In this document: positions 1-8,782 of the stretch, piece after piece
How the letters are laid out: every line of letters starts with the position of its first letter
Position numbering within the stretch: position 1 is the stretch's first letter
IMG/VR virus record: IMGVR_UViG_3300021138_000017
Location: 12,595-76,594 of that record
DNA length: 64,000 nt
Direction: 5' to 3' (one strand)
From: a virus
Translations under genes and position numbers: made by a program
The notes under the pieces: model-generated
The model's input: the letters and a program-made list of their open reading frames with translations, nothing else
What the model was told of the DNA's origin: nothing
Databases searched by the model: none

Positions 1-123
1 TCTATATTTCGAAATTTAAACTATAATGCCTACGAATATAACTCAGGAGATTGGATATTTTGTCCCGCAGAAGGCGGTTTACAAATGGAAGGCGTTGACA
101 AGGTTGATTTAAATGAGATATAG
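1..123 (+). CDS. 3' end of an ORF entering from the left edge (…YNAYEYNSGDWIFCPAEGG…*), unknown product
   Basis: Frame 1 is open from base 1 to TAG at 121-123 and overlaps the next start. Confidence 0.4.
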   Translation, partial: SIFRNLNYNAYEYNSGDWIFCPAEGGLQMEGVDKVDLNEI

Positions 124-370
124 TTTATATCTTGAACCAGAGGTAGGAAAGAAATTTAAATATATTTTAGAAATTGCTGGTATGTTAAATTTCCACAAGG
201 CAAGGAATTGGCTTACAGATACATATGGTCCTTGTGAACCATTGGCTCACGGCGATAAAGTTGATAACAAACATTGGACTTATCAAATAGTTTATGATCA
301 TTATGTGATACGTATATTTGATGATGAAGAATTATCATGGTTTAAACTTAAATATGGTGAACCTAATTGA
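113..370 (+). CDS. small phage protein, 'F-x-L-K-[YWF]' C-terminal family
   Basis: 85 aa; W..TYGP…W…I…DEE..WFKLKY pattern shared with neighbours; overlapping start/stop coupling. Confidence 0.75.
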   Translation: MRYSLYLEPEVGKKFKYILEIAGMLNFHKARNWLTDTYGPCEPLAHGDKVDNKHWTYQIVYDHYVIRIFDDEELSWFKLKYGEPN

Positions 371-615
371 ACTACTACTATGAACTAAAAGAAAATGGTA
401 CTGTATTTGGTGAAGATTTAGGTCGTTATGTTGTCATGCCCGACTGTAGTCCAGCTAACGGCGGAGCTATGAATTATAGCCTACATGATCATTTGCTAAA
501 ATACAGCAGTCGTGTTTGGATTGAAAATGAAAACGGCGTAAGTCGTATTGATAATAGACCAGTAAATACCAAAGAATTTATTTGGATTAAATTAAAGGCC
601 AAATCCGTCAAATGA
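367..615 (+). CDS. small hypothetical phage protein (ends EFIWIKLKA)
   Basis: TTGA overlap with the upstream stop; C-terminal F/W..LK motif. Confidence 0.7.
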   Translation: MNYYYELKENGTVFGEDLGRYVVMPDCSPANGGAMNYSLHDHLLKYSSRVWIENENGVSRIDNRPVNTKEFIWIKLKAKSVK

Positions 616-848
616 TAATGCGCTCAGACCCGTCAGCTACATTTAAACAAAATAAATTTCTATTGGCTGAAAACGGCAGTAGTCCTAGTTTAATGATTTT
701 TGACTACAAATGGTGGGCAGAGAACGAACGGGAAATATTAAATTGGATGGCGGAGAATTTGCCACGTGGCATAGACCATCATCAAGGTATGTTTGTGTAC
801 TTTGATACAAATCAAGAACGATTACATTTTTTACTAAGATGGTCATAA
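612..848 (+). CDS. small phage protein, F-x-L-[KR]-W family
   Basis: ATGA overlap; ends VYFDTNQERLHFLLRWS. Confidence 0.75.
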   Translation: MIMRSDPSATFKQNKFLLAENGSSPSLMIFDYKWWAENEREILNWMAENLPRGIDHHQGMFVYFDTNQERLHFLLRWS

Positions 849-1117
849 TGAGTAAAGATGAATATTATGCCAACACTAGTTCTAGAATAGATACCATTAC
901 TAGTAACGATACGTGGGTTAAAATTGTTCGAGCTAAAGAAGAATTCAATGCTATACCCGAACATAACAGTTTTGATATCGATGGATTTGGTTCTTGGTTA
1001 ACAAATACTTACGGGGTAAAATTAAATTATACCCATGACGGTATGATGTCATTAGATAATACTATATTAGATGAAAAAAAGTACCTTGTGTTTTTACTAA
1101 AATTTGGAGAAAAATGA
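839..1117 (+). CDS. small phage protein, F-x-L-K-F family (start may be ATG 848)
   Basis: Ends ILDEKKYLVFLLKFG; TAATG overlap at 846-850. Confidence 0.75.
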   Translation: MVIMSKDEYYANTSSRIDTITSNDTWVKIVRAKEEFNAIPEHNSFDIDGFGSWLTNTYGVKLNYTHDGMMSLDNTILDEKKYLVFLLKFGEK

Positions 1118-1407
1118 AAGTAGAAATTAAACACAACTTAATTATCTTTGATGACCCACGAGAATGGGAGTCAATTAGTTTTGAAATAGTACGTGAGTAT
1201 GGTGCTAGTATGCTTATATCTTGGAAATGTCGGCGAGAGTTAGGATTCTCAGTAAGACGCCATAAAGGACTCAAACCATATAATGGCGAAGATGACGGGC
1301 TGATTTTGCCTGGCAGATTTTACTATTCAGAACAAATACACTTAGATTTTTTCAACGAAGCCGCTCAAAGCTGGTTTGTATTAAAATACATAAAAGCGGA
1401 AGGTTGA
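1114..1407 (+). CDS. small phage protein, F-x-L-K-Y family
   Basis: ATGA overlap; ends IHLDFFNEAAQSWFVLKY. Confidence 0.75.
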   Translation: MKVEIKHNLIIFDDPREWESISFEIVREYGASMLISWKCRRELGFSVRRHKGLKPYNGEDDGLILPGRFYYSEQIHLDFFNEAAQSWFVLKYIKAEG

Positions 1408-1432
1408 CTTTTTATTGTTTTGGTGCTATAAT
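1404..1432 (+). promoter_or_regulatory. sigma70-type early promoter TTGACT-N17-TATAAT (extended TG), leaderless ATG at 1439
   Basis: Direct consensus match; ATG lies 6 nt after the -10 box. Confidence 0.8.
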
Positions 1433-1438
1433 AGTATT

Positions 1439-1705
1439 ATGAAATATAAAATTACCAAATTAGATCGTAGGCACAATGGATTTGGATCTTTTAAGTATTC
1501 CATTAGTCCTATTTCATACTCTAATCGAGTAGACGACTTAATTGAACTTAGAAATTGGTGCTGGATGACTTATGGTCCAGGAACAGAGTTAAAATATTTT
1601 TCAGTGGGAAATACATGGGCTTGGAATACAGAATTTAATCATTTAAAAATCTATCTAAGATCAGACGAAGAAATGGTAGTTTTTAAACTTAAATACTATG
1701 GTTGA
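1439..1705 (+). CDS. small phage protein, F-x-L-K-Y family (start revised from 1415 to ATG 1439)
   Basis: RNWCWMTYGP…W…IYLRSDEEMVVFKLKY, similar to 113..370. Confidence 0.75.
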   Translation: MKYKITKLDRRHNGFGSFKYSISPISYSNRVDDLIELRNWCWMTYGPGTELKYFSVGNTWAWNTEFNHLKIYLRSDEEMVVFKLKYYG

Positions 1706-1730
1706 CTTTTTATTCAATAGACACTATAAT
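1702..1730 (+). promoter_or_regulatory. sigma70-type early promoter TTGACT-N17-TATAAT
   Basis: Consensus match; followed by SD AAGGAAG and ATG 1760. Confidence 0.8.
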
Positions 1731-1759
1731 AGTAGTATAGTTAATAACAAGGAAGAATT

Positions 1760-3034
1760 ATGACCGCTAAAGGCACAACAGCAGATACTAAAGATTCTAG
1801 CAAATTCAAAGACTTACTGGGTCCTACAGATCCTAAACTAGACGCACAAGTACGTGAAAAACTTATTACTGCCAGAGTAGGCTTACTGCTACGTGCTAGT
1901 TTTTTTGGTAATTTGGCCACTCGTTTAACACTTGTAAATGCCGATGAGTGGTGTGGTACAGCGGCAACAGATGGACGTAGATTTTATTATAACAGTCGTT
2001 TTATTGATATGCTACGCCCAAAAGAAATTGAATTTTTGTTTGGACATGAAGTTCTACATTGTGTGTACGATCATATGGGCAGGAGACAAGATAGAAATCC
2101 TAAACTTTGGAACATTGCCGATGACTATTGTGTAAATGCTGATTTAATCAAACACCGTGTAGGTGAGAAAATTACCACAGTGCCTTGTTTATATGATCCA
2201 AAATATGAAAATATGTGCGCCGAAGAAGTATACGACATACTTTATGAAAACGCTGAAAAAATTGACATCAACGATTTGATTGAAAAATTATTAGATGATC
2301 ACTTAGACGACGGAGGTGGCGACGGCAGTGACGAAGATGAAGGCAGTGGTCGTCCTAAACTAAGCCAAGCAGAAAAAGACGCTATACGTGATGAAATTAA
2401 AGAAGCAGTACTAGCGGCTGCCGCGGCTTCAGACAATGCTGGTAATATACCCGCTGGCATTAAACGTCTTATTCAAGATATGACCGCTCCTAAAATGAAT
2501 TGGCGCGAGCTATTACGTATGCAACTTGAATCAACTATTAAATCTGATTTCACTTGGATGAGATCAAGTCGCAGAAGTTGGCATATGGACGCAATTATGC
2601 CAGGCTTGAAACCCGAAGAAATGATTGATATTGCTATTGCCATAGACACATCTGGATCTATCGACGGTGACATGCTTAAAGATTTCTTAAGCGAGATACA
2701 AGGTATTATGGAACAATTTGCCGCTTATAAAATACACTTGTTTACATTTGATACCAATGTACATAATCCACGGCAATATGACAGCGAGAATTTAGACAGT
2801 ATCGCTGATTATGAACCTCAAGGTGGCGGCGGAACTGATTTTACTGCTATATACAGCTACTTAAAAGAAGAACAAATTGAACCTAAGCGTCTAGTAGTAC
2901 TAACGGACGGATATCCTTATGGTAGTTGGGGCGACGAACACTACTGTGATACAGTTTGGATAATACATGGCAGTAGCACTATAGTACCACCTTGGGGACA
3001 ATATGCGTACTATGAAGAAGAAGTAACTCACTAA
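1760..3034 (+). CDS. metallopeptidase-like (HExxH) + vWA domain protein (DUF2201-type)
   Basis: TAATDG, HEVLH, acidic linker, MIDAS DTSGS, GGGGTDF, VLTDGY. Confidence 0.85.
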   Translation: MTAKGTTADTKDSSKFKDLLGPTDPKLDAQVREKLITARVGLLLRASFFGNLATRLTLVNADEWCGTAATDGRRFYYNSRFIDMLRPKEIEFLFGHEVLHCVYDHMGRRQDRNPKLWNIADDYCVNADLIKHRVGEKITTVPCLYDPKYENMCAEEVYDILYENAEKIDINDLIEKLLDDHLDDGGGDGSDEDEGSGRPKLSQAEKDAIRDEIKEAVLAAAAASDNAGNIPAGIKRLIQDMTAPKMNWRELLRMQLESTIKSDFTWMRSSRRSWHMDAIMPGLKPEEMIDIAIAIDTSGSIDGDMLKDFLSEIQGIMEQFAAYKIHLFTFDTNVHNPRQYDSENLDSIADYEPQGGGGTDFTAIYSYLKEEQIEPKRLVVLTDGYPYGSWGDEHYCDTVWIIHGSSTIVPPWGQYAYYEEEVTH

Positions 3035-3042
3035 AGGATTAT

Positions 3043-3204
3043 ATGGACAAATTTAGATTGTGGTATTTTAAAAATCGCACCGAAATTACTTGGTTTCTGA
3101 TGGGTTGGTTAACACTATCTGGGCTAGAAGATTTAAGTAATGGCAATTACGTTGGAGCTACAATGTCCTTAGTTTTAGCTTACATTAACTATAAACTCAA
3201 ATAA
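3043..3204 (+). CDS. 53-aa small membrane protein (not in the ORF track)
   Basis: SD AAGGA; MDKFRLWYFKNRTEITWFLMGWLTLSG…ATMSLVLAYINYKLK*, two hydrophobic stretches. Confidence 0.7.
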   Translation: MDKFRLWYFKNRTEITWFLMGWLTLSGLEDLSNGNYVGATMSLVLAYINYKLK

Positions 3205-3221
3205 TCTAAATTAATTTAACC

Positions 3222-3252
3222 AAAATGCCCCGTAAAAGGGGCATTTTATTTT
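3222..3252 (+). terminator. Rho-independent terminator
   Basis: AAAATGCCCC-GTAAAA-GGGGCATTTT perfect 10-bp stem followed by a T-rich tail. Confidence 0.85.
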
Positions 3253-3272
3253 ATCGTAATATAAAATTCAGT

Positions 3273-3278
3273 TAAATA
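3273..3278 (+). promoter_or_regulatory. putative late promoter TAAATA with leaderless ATG 3284
   Basis: T4-late-like core 5 nt before ATG, no SD, just after a terminator. Confidence 0.55.
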
Positions 3279-3283
3279 TTATT

Positions 3284-3541
3284 ATGGAAAACATTACTCA
3301 AATCACTTTATCGGATCTTGAAGCTTTAAGAGCTATCGTAGATCTCGCGGCATCTCGCGGAGCATTTCGCGGTGCCGAATTAACACAAGTTGGTGTTGTT
3401 TATGACAAACTCACAACTTTTCTAAAAGCCGTAGTGGAGCAAGCACAAGCTGAAGCAAGTGCTACAGGCACTGTAGCTGATGGAGAAACTGATACAACTG
3501 ATACAGTTAGTACGCCAATTGATTCAGCACAAGGAGGCTAA
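3284..3541 (+). CDS. conserved small phage protein (…SRGAFRGAELTQVG…)
   Basis: Clean ORF; motif recalled from T4-like and jumbo phages. Confidence 0.7.
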   Translation: MENITQITLSDLEALRAIVDLAASRGAFRGAELTQVGVVYDKLTTFLKAVVEQAQAEASATGTVADGETDTTDTVSTPIDSAQGG

Positions 3542-3542
3542 C

Positions 3543-4298
3543 ATGGCACAACAAATTAAACACGTAGGAAAAATAGGCGATAGAAAAATATTGGTACTAT
3601 TTAGAGAAGTTCCGGGCGATACTCATATGTGCCTTGTTGTATATCCAGAAGTACTTAATGCGTCATGGCAAGATGCTATTCAGCGTGTGGTAGAAAGCGA
3701 TATTGGACAACAAGCTAATCAGTTAGCCGATGCTTTACATCGTTCCTTACTGCCAGATGGAAGACCAATACTTGAAACATTACATCAAGAACGTATGATT
3801 AAAAAAGTTCGTTGTGCTGATGTAATTATGACTCCAACTACTAATGCTAACATTCGTTTAGATGAACTTAATAAATTAATTAACGAAATGAATCAAGGCG
3901 AAGAAGCACGTAAGAAAATGGAAGAAAATGATGCCGCTCGCGGTATGGTTGATCCACAAGTTAAACGTGCTGCCGAGGCAAAATACAGAGAAGAACAATT
4001 GGCTAGACAACAAGAATCTGAAAGTCGTTTTCAAATTCCCGATACACTTACAGCACCTACAGATGGTGTACTAAGCGATCGTGCTATTGCTGCCAATATG
4101 TTAGCACAGGCAAAGCGTATGGAACAAGAAGCAAATTCCATGATAGCCGAAGCAGCTCGTATGAAGAAAGATGCTGAGCGTATGGTACCAGGTGTTAATC
4201 CATCAGAAGCTACATGGACCCCTCCTGTAGCGGAAGCTCCGAAGCGTCGTGGTCGTCCATCTAAAGCAACTGCCGCGGTGAACGATGCTGCCAATTGA
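3543..4298 (+). CDS. coiled-coil phage protein with C-terminal AT-hook (KRRGRPSK); start revised to 3543
   Basis: SD AGGAGG before ATG 3543 (MAQQIKHVG); AT-hook RGRP. Confidence 0.75.
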   Translation: MAQQIKHVGKIGDRKILVLFREVPGDTHMCLVVYPEVLNASWQDAIQRVVESDIGQQANQLADALHRSLLPDGRPILETLHQERMIKKVRCADVIMTPTTNANIRLDELNKLINEMNQGEEARKKMEENDAARGMVDPQVKRAAEAKYREEQLARQQESESRFQIPDTLTAPTDGVLSDRAIAANMLAQAKRMEQEANSMIAEAARMKKDAERMVPGVNPSEATWTPPVAEAPKRRGRPSKATAAVNDAAN

Positions 4299-4587
4299 TG
4301 ATGTATTAGAACAGTGGGAGATTATTGTTTCGGAAGTAAACAAAACAGATGTCCCACTAGAATGTATTAAAAAAATTATTTTTAAATTAGACGATAAAAA
4401 ACAACGTACTGTAAACTTACATACATTGGCAAAACAGGGTTTATCAATAGAAGACATTGAAGAAATTATTTCAAGAATGTTTGCCGAGTTAGAAGACAGA
4501 ATTCGTGATGTAGATTTTATTGTTGATATTAAAAGTGTAGCGGCATTAGTTCAGCCGGAAACTGATAGACTGTTAGGAAATCTTTGA
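4285..4587 (+). CDS. hypothetical phage protein
   Basis: Coupled ORF upstream of thyX. Confidence 0.7.
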   Translation: MLPIDDVLEQWEIIVSEVNKTDVPLECIKKIIFKLDDKKQRTVNLHTLAKQGLSIEDIEEIISRMFAELEDRIRDVDFIVDIKSVAALVQPETDRLLGNL

Positions 4588-5252
4588 AAGTATCATTAGT
4601 ATCATCAAGTCAACCTAGTAAAGAATTAGCGGACCAAGGTATTGTAAATGCCCAAGAGTTAGTGGCGTATTGTGCTAGAGTAAGTAATCCCTCAAATCAG
4701 TTCAATACAGAAACCAGCGAAAAATTAATAAGATATCTTGTTAAACATCAACACTGGAGCCCGTTAGAAACTGTTAATGCCTGTTTAGAAATAGAAACTA
4801 CTCGTGATATCGCAAGACAAATACTTAGACATAGAAGTTTCAGCTTTCAAGAATTTTCTCAACGATACGCAGACCCTACTCGCGACCTTAAATTTACCAC
4901 AAGAGAAGCCAGACTTCAAGATACCAAAAACAGACAGAACAGCGTCGAAGTTGATGATCAACTATTACAAAATGATTGGTATCGAGCTCAACAACGAGCC
5001 ATCTATGCCGCTCAAAGAGAATATGAGTGGGCTATTAATCAGGGCATAGCCAAAGAACAAGCTCGTGCTGTACTGCCCGAAGGTCTTATTGAAAGTAGGA
5101 TATACATGAATGGCACTTTGCGTTCATGGTTGCACTATGTTGAATTACGCAGTGGTCCAGAAACACAAAAAGAACACAGAGAAATTGCCATAGCCTGTGC
5201 TGGTGTATTAGAATCAATCTTTCCAATGGCTTCGGAATTTGTTGTAAAATAA
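4584..5252 (+). CDS. thyX: FAD-dependent thymidylate synthase
   Basis: ThyX motif RHRSFSFQEFSQRY, H-W-S-P-L-E, AKEQARAVLP, TQKEHR. Confidence 0.95.
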   Translation: MKVSLVSSSQPSKELADQGIVNAQELVAYCARVSNPSNQFNTETSEKLIRYLVKHQHWSPLETVNACLEIETTRDIARQILRHRSFSFQEFSQRYADPTRDLKFTTREARLQDTKNRQNSVEVDDQLLQNDWYRAQQRAIYAAQREYEWAINQGIAKEQARAVLPEGLIESRIYMNGTLRSWLHYVELRSGPETQKEHREIAIACAGVLESIFPMASEFVVK

Positions 5253-5270
5253 CAATTTATCTGCTATAAT
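5242..5270 (+). promoter_or_regulatory. sigma70-type promoter TTGTAA-N17-TATAAT, leaderless ATG 5277
   Basis: Same TGCTATAATAGTA context as the 1404 promoter. Confidence 0.7.
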
Positions 5271-5276
5271 AGTAGT

Positions 5277-5522
5277 ATGCGTACTATTAATTTCCACAGT
5301 TTTACTATGTCAGATGTAGAAGATCCTGAACTATATGCCGCGGTACCTTTAAGTAAATTTATGGATACTGATTTAGGTAAATGGATCAAAGCTAACTGCT
5401 TAGATCCTAGATATAGTGTTCGTCCTGATGTAAATTCCTATGGATATCGTGTGATTGTGTATGGCGAGGTTGAAGATATCTCTGCTACAGAATTTTATTT
5501 AAAGTTTCATAATGTTCAATAA
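5277..5522 (+). CDS. small phage protein, F-x-L-K-F family
   Basis: DVEDPELYAA…GKW…; ends ATEFYLKF. Confidence 0.75.
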   Translation: MRTINFHSFTMSDVEDPELYAAVPLSKFMDTDLGKWIKANCLDPRYSVRPDVNSYGYRVIVYGEVEDISATEFYLKFHNVQ

Positions 5523-5733
5523 ACCCTTAGACTTTTATTTAAAATGGTCAGCTAGTTTTGTAGCGTTACTACACGTTTATTTGGTAGCACACGACGTAAC
5601 TCCATATTATAAATTTTCCGGATTAACTGCCGCAATACTATGGGTATGGATCAGCATTTTATGGCGAGAACCCAGTTTAATATTATTAAATTTAATAATG
5701 ATTGGCATTTATATTAAAGGCTTACTGTTTTGA
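5512..5733 (+). CDS. small membrane protein (about 3 TM helices)
   Basis: Hydrophobic 73-aa ORF, coupled on both sides. Confidence 0.7.
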   Translation: MFNKPLDFYLKWSASFVALLHVYLVAHDVTPYYKFSGLTAAILWVWISILWREPSLILLNLIMIGIYIKGLLF

Positions 5734-6683
5734 AAATATTAGTTACTGGTGGATTAGGTTTCATAGGACACAATGTTGTTCGTGAGCTTGAAAATTTAAA
5801 TCATAATGTGTCTATAATAGATAACAAAACAGACTACGGGTTTATATCAAAGCAGGAATTAGATTACATAATGTTTGAACGCTTTTGTAGAATAAAAACC
5901 CGTGATATAAATTACAATGACATAGAAAAATTACACGTTGATTATATGTTTAAAAATGTTGACGTAGTTGTACATTTAGCCAGCTTTCCCAGACAAAGTA
6001 TAGTCAATCAAAATCCTATGGCAGGTAGTAGAGTAATGAGTGAAGGGCTATTACGGTTGTTAGAATTATCTGTAAAAAATAATGTTAAAAAGTTTGTGTA
6101 TGTTAGTAGCAGTATGGTATATGGTAATTTCATCTCTACTGAAATAGATGGTATTAATGAAGACACCGATTGTTATCCTATCGGACCATATGCTATTATG
6201 AAATTAACAGGAGAATGGTTAGTTAAAGATTACACACGTAGATTTGGCATTACTCACACAATTATACGTCCAAGTGCTGTGTATGGTCCGTATGATATCG
6301 AAAATAGAGTTGTAAGTAAATTCTTAAGTAATGCTATGCGAGGAAACGAACTTGTTGTTAAAGGTATCAATGATGAACTTGATTTTACATTTGTAGATGA
6401 TGCAGCTATGGGTATTGCTTTAGCTGCCACAAGCAATAATACTGACAATACCATATACAACATTACAAAATGTCAAAGTCGAACACTTCTAGAAGCCGCA
6501 GAATTAGCAATTAAAATAGCAGGCAAAGGTTCAATACGTGTAGAATCAAGGGACGATAATTTTCCTCGTCGAGGGCAATTAAATATTGTTCGTGCCAGGA
6601 AGGATTTTGGATATCATCCTACTGTAACAATAGAGGAAGGATTTCAAACATACTATGACTGGCTTAAGAAAATCAATCACTGA
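5730..6683 (+). CDS. NAD-dependent nucleotide-sugar epimerase/dehydratase (extended SDR)
   Basis: ILVTGGLGFIG, VVHLA, SSSMVYG, YxxxK (YAIMK), DFTFVDD. Confidence 0.9.
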   Translation: MKILVTGGLGFIGHNVVRELENLNHNVSIIDNKTDYGFISKQELDYIMFERFCRIKTRDINYNDIEKLHVDYMFKNVDVVVHLASFPRQSIVNQNPMAGSRVMSEGLLRLLELSVKNNVKKFVYVSSSMVYGNFISTEIDGINEDTDCYPIGPYAIMKLTGEWLVKDYTRRFGITHTIIRPSAVYGPYDIENRVVSKFLSNAMRGNELVVKGINDELDFTFVDDAAMGIALAATSNNTDNTIYNITKCQSRTLLEAAELAIKIAGKGSIRVESRDDNFPRRGQLNIVRARKDFGYHPTVTIEEGFQTYYDWLKKINH

Positions 6684-7851
6684 TAAAATACATTATATTC
6701 CAACAGAGGAAGTAGAAAAAATAGTATGGAATGGCGATAGTGTTGAATATGATACAGCATTGTATGAATTAGGAAAAAACTACGATGAATTTATTGTTTT
6801 AAATCCAGCATTTTCCTTTTTGACACTAAAAGAAGAATTGCCTATCACTGCAGTAGTGGATAGTTGTATTACTTGGAAATATCAGGATTCATGGGTAGGA
6901 AAATATTTTACAAAAAACTGGATCAACGAAAAACAATACCACGAAGTAAATCTAAATCTTATATGTAAAAAAAATGCCGCTTTTAAAAATATAAAGTTTA
7001 ATGACATTGCTGTTACTGATTTATATAATTTAAAATATCAAATGGTGTGGTACTTAGACAACAAATTTACAGAAGAAAAAATTTGGGTATACAAGTGCTA
7101 TTTAGAAAATATAGAAACAAAAGGAACTAAATACATGGGATCCATAAGTCCTATAGACAGGTCAGCAAAAACCCCGGATGTTGTTTTTATCAGTTACAAT
7201 GAAGTAAACGCCGAAGAGAATTGGCTACGTGTTTTAACTAAAGCACCCAATGCTAAACGTGTAAATGGTATCAAAGGTATTGTAAATGCCCATAAACAAG
7301 CTGCTGAACTATCTTCTACAGATATGTTTTATGTTGTCGATGGAGATGCTTACTTAACCGATGACTTCAATTTTGATTTTCAACCTGATATATTTAATAG
7401 AGAATGTGTTTATGTTTGGACTAGTCAAAATCCCATTAACAATTTAACCTATGGGTACGGCGGGGTAAAACTATTACCAAAAGATTTAGTACTTAAAGTA
7501 AACCAGTCTACAATAGACATGACTACAAATATAAGTCGCAAGTTTAAAATTTTTAATCAAGTAAGTAACATTACTAGATTTAACACAGATGAATTTAACA
7601 CATTTCGTAGTGCGTTTAGAGAGTGTGCTAAGTTATCTTCTAGAATATTTTTACAAGAAGACTATTTAAAAAATAAAGAAAGATTAACAGTTTGGTGTAC
7701 AGAAGGTTTTGATAAACCCTATGGTGAATGGGCTATCAAAGGAGCTTTAGCTGGCAAAAAATACGGTGAAGAAAATATCAATAATCCCGACAGTATTAGA
7801 CTAATTAATAGTTTAGAATTTATAAAATTAAAATTTGAAGAGTTAATGTGA
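6655..7851 (+). CDS. GT-A-fold glycosyltransferase-like protein with N-terminal extra domain
   Basis: VVFISYNE…RVNGIKG..NAHK.AA…FYVVDGD (DxD), YGYGG, FRSAFRE; paralog of 21665..22600. Confidence 0.7.
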   Translation: MTGLRKSITDKIHYIPTEEVEKIVWNGDSVEYDTALYELGKNYDEFIVLNPAFSFLTLKEELPITAVVDSCITWKYQDSWVGKYFTKNWINEKQYHEVNLNLICKKNAAFKNIKFNDIAVTDLYNLKYQMVWYLDNKFTEEKIWVYKCYLENIETKGTKYMGSISPIDRSAKTPDVVFISYNEVNAEENWLRVLTKAPNAKRVNGIKGIVNAHKQAAELSSTDMFYVVDGDAYLTDDFNFDFQPDIFNRECVYVWTSQNPINNLTYGYGGVKLLPKDLVLKVNQSTIDMTTNISRKFKIFNQVSNITRFNTDEFNTFRSAFRECAKLSSRIFLQEDYLKNKERLTVWCTEGFDKPYGEWAIKGALAGKKYGEENINNPDSIRLINSLEFIKLKFEELM

Positions 7852-8723
7852 TTAAAAAAATTATATACATCCTAGCATTTATTTTACCTTCGCTTACTTT
7901 AGCAGAAAATATAACAATTATTGTTCCGTTTTCTGCTGGGGGAGCGTTTGATATTATGGCAAGAAAAGTTGACTCTTTTCTACATAAGTTAAATTACGAA
8001 ACAGTTGTAGTAGATATACCCGGAGCAGGTGGAGCTGTGGGTGTTACTAAATTACTTAATAGTCCGCCAAATACTTTGATGTTAACTAGCCCTTCAATTT
8101 ATGTTGTAATGATTGAAAAAAATTTAGCATTGGATAATTTTAAAATAATATCAATTATGGGAGAAGTTCCGCAAATTTTAGCTGTACGCAAAGATCGCAA
8201 TTTAACTTGCGAAAAATTAAAAAACGATGATAAGACTTATTTTTTAGGGTCAGCTGGCAAGGATAGTCAAACATCTGTTCCTGTTTATTTTATCACAGAA
8301 AAGTATAAACACTTTATCGAAGTTCCATATAAAGGAGCTAATCTTGCTTTATTGGATGTATTATCTGGACAAATAGATGGTGTTTTTCTTAATGGATATA
8401 GTAATCAATATAAAGAAATTGAATTTATAGCAAATAGTTCTCAAAAAGAATTTGATGGCATACCTTCACTGGAAAAATGTTTTGGAATTAAAAAATCTTT
8501 TGTAGGAGAATACCTACTGATAGCTAGTCCTAACAGCGATGAAAAGTTTATCAAAAACATGAATCAAATGATGATAAACTTTGCTAATAGCGATGAAGGT
8601 CAAACCTACTATAAACAAGTAGGAATAAAAAATACAGTTTCAGATTTAGCATCTACAACCAAAACTTTTAAAAATTCATATAATCTATGGAAACAAATTT
8701 TAAAAAACAGGTACGAAAAATGA
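7848..8723 (+). CDS. Bug/TctC-family periplasmic solute-binding protein
   Basis: Signal peptide; IIVPFSAGGAFDIMAR, PGAGGAVG, VPYKG…DVLSGQID. Confidence 0.85.
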   Translation: MIKKIIYILAFILPSLTLAENITIIVPFSAGGAFDIMARKVDSFLHKLNYETVVVDIPGAGGAVGVTKLLNSPPNTLMLTSPSIYVVMIEKNLALDNFKIISIMGEVPQILAVRKDRNLTCEKLKNDDKTYFLGSAGKDSQTSVPVYFITEKYKHFIEVPYKGANLALLDVLSGQIDGVFLNGYSNQYKEIEFIANSSQKEFDGIPSLEKCFGIKKSFVGEYLLIASPNSDEKFIKNMNQMMINFANSDEGQTYYKQVGIKNTVSDLASTTKTFKNSYNLWKQILKNRYEK

Positions 8724-8753
8724 ATTTAAAGTATAAGACTAACTAGATCATAC

Positions 8754-8774
8754 TAAATATTACATTATAGGAGA
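8754..8774 (+). promoter_or_regulatory. putative late promoter TAAATA + strong SD AGGAGA
   Basis: Directly upstream of ATG 8783. Confidence 0.6.
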
Positions 8775-8782
8775 ATAGCAAA

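Noticed and set aside
3480-3542. ORF-track N-terminal extensions (also 1415, 15154, 33893, 59704, 62020)
   Set aside because: They overlap upstream genes or promoters; downstream ATGs have an SD, coupling or leaderless promoter geometry.
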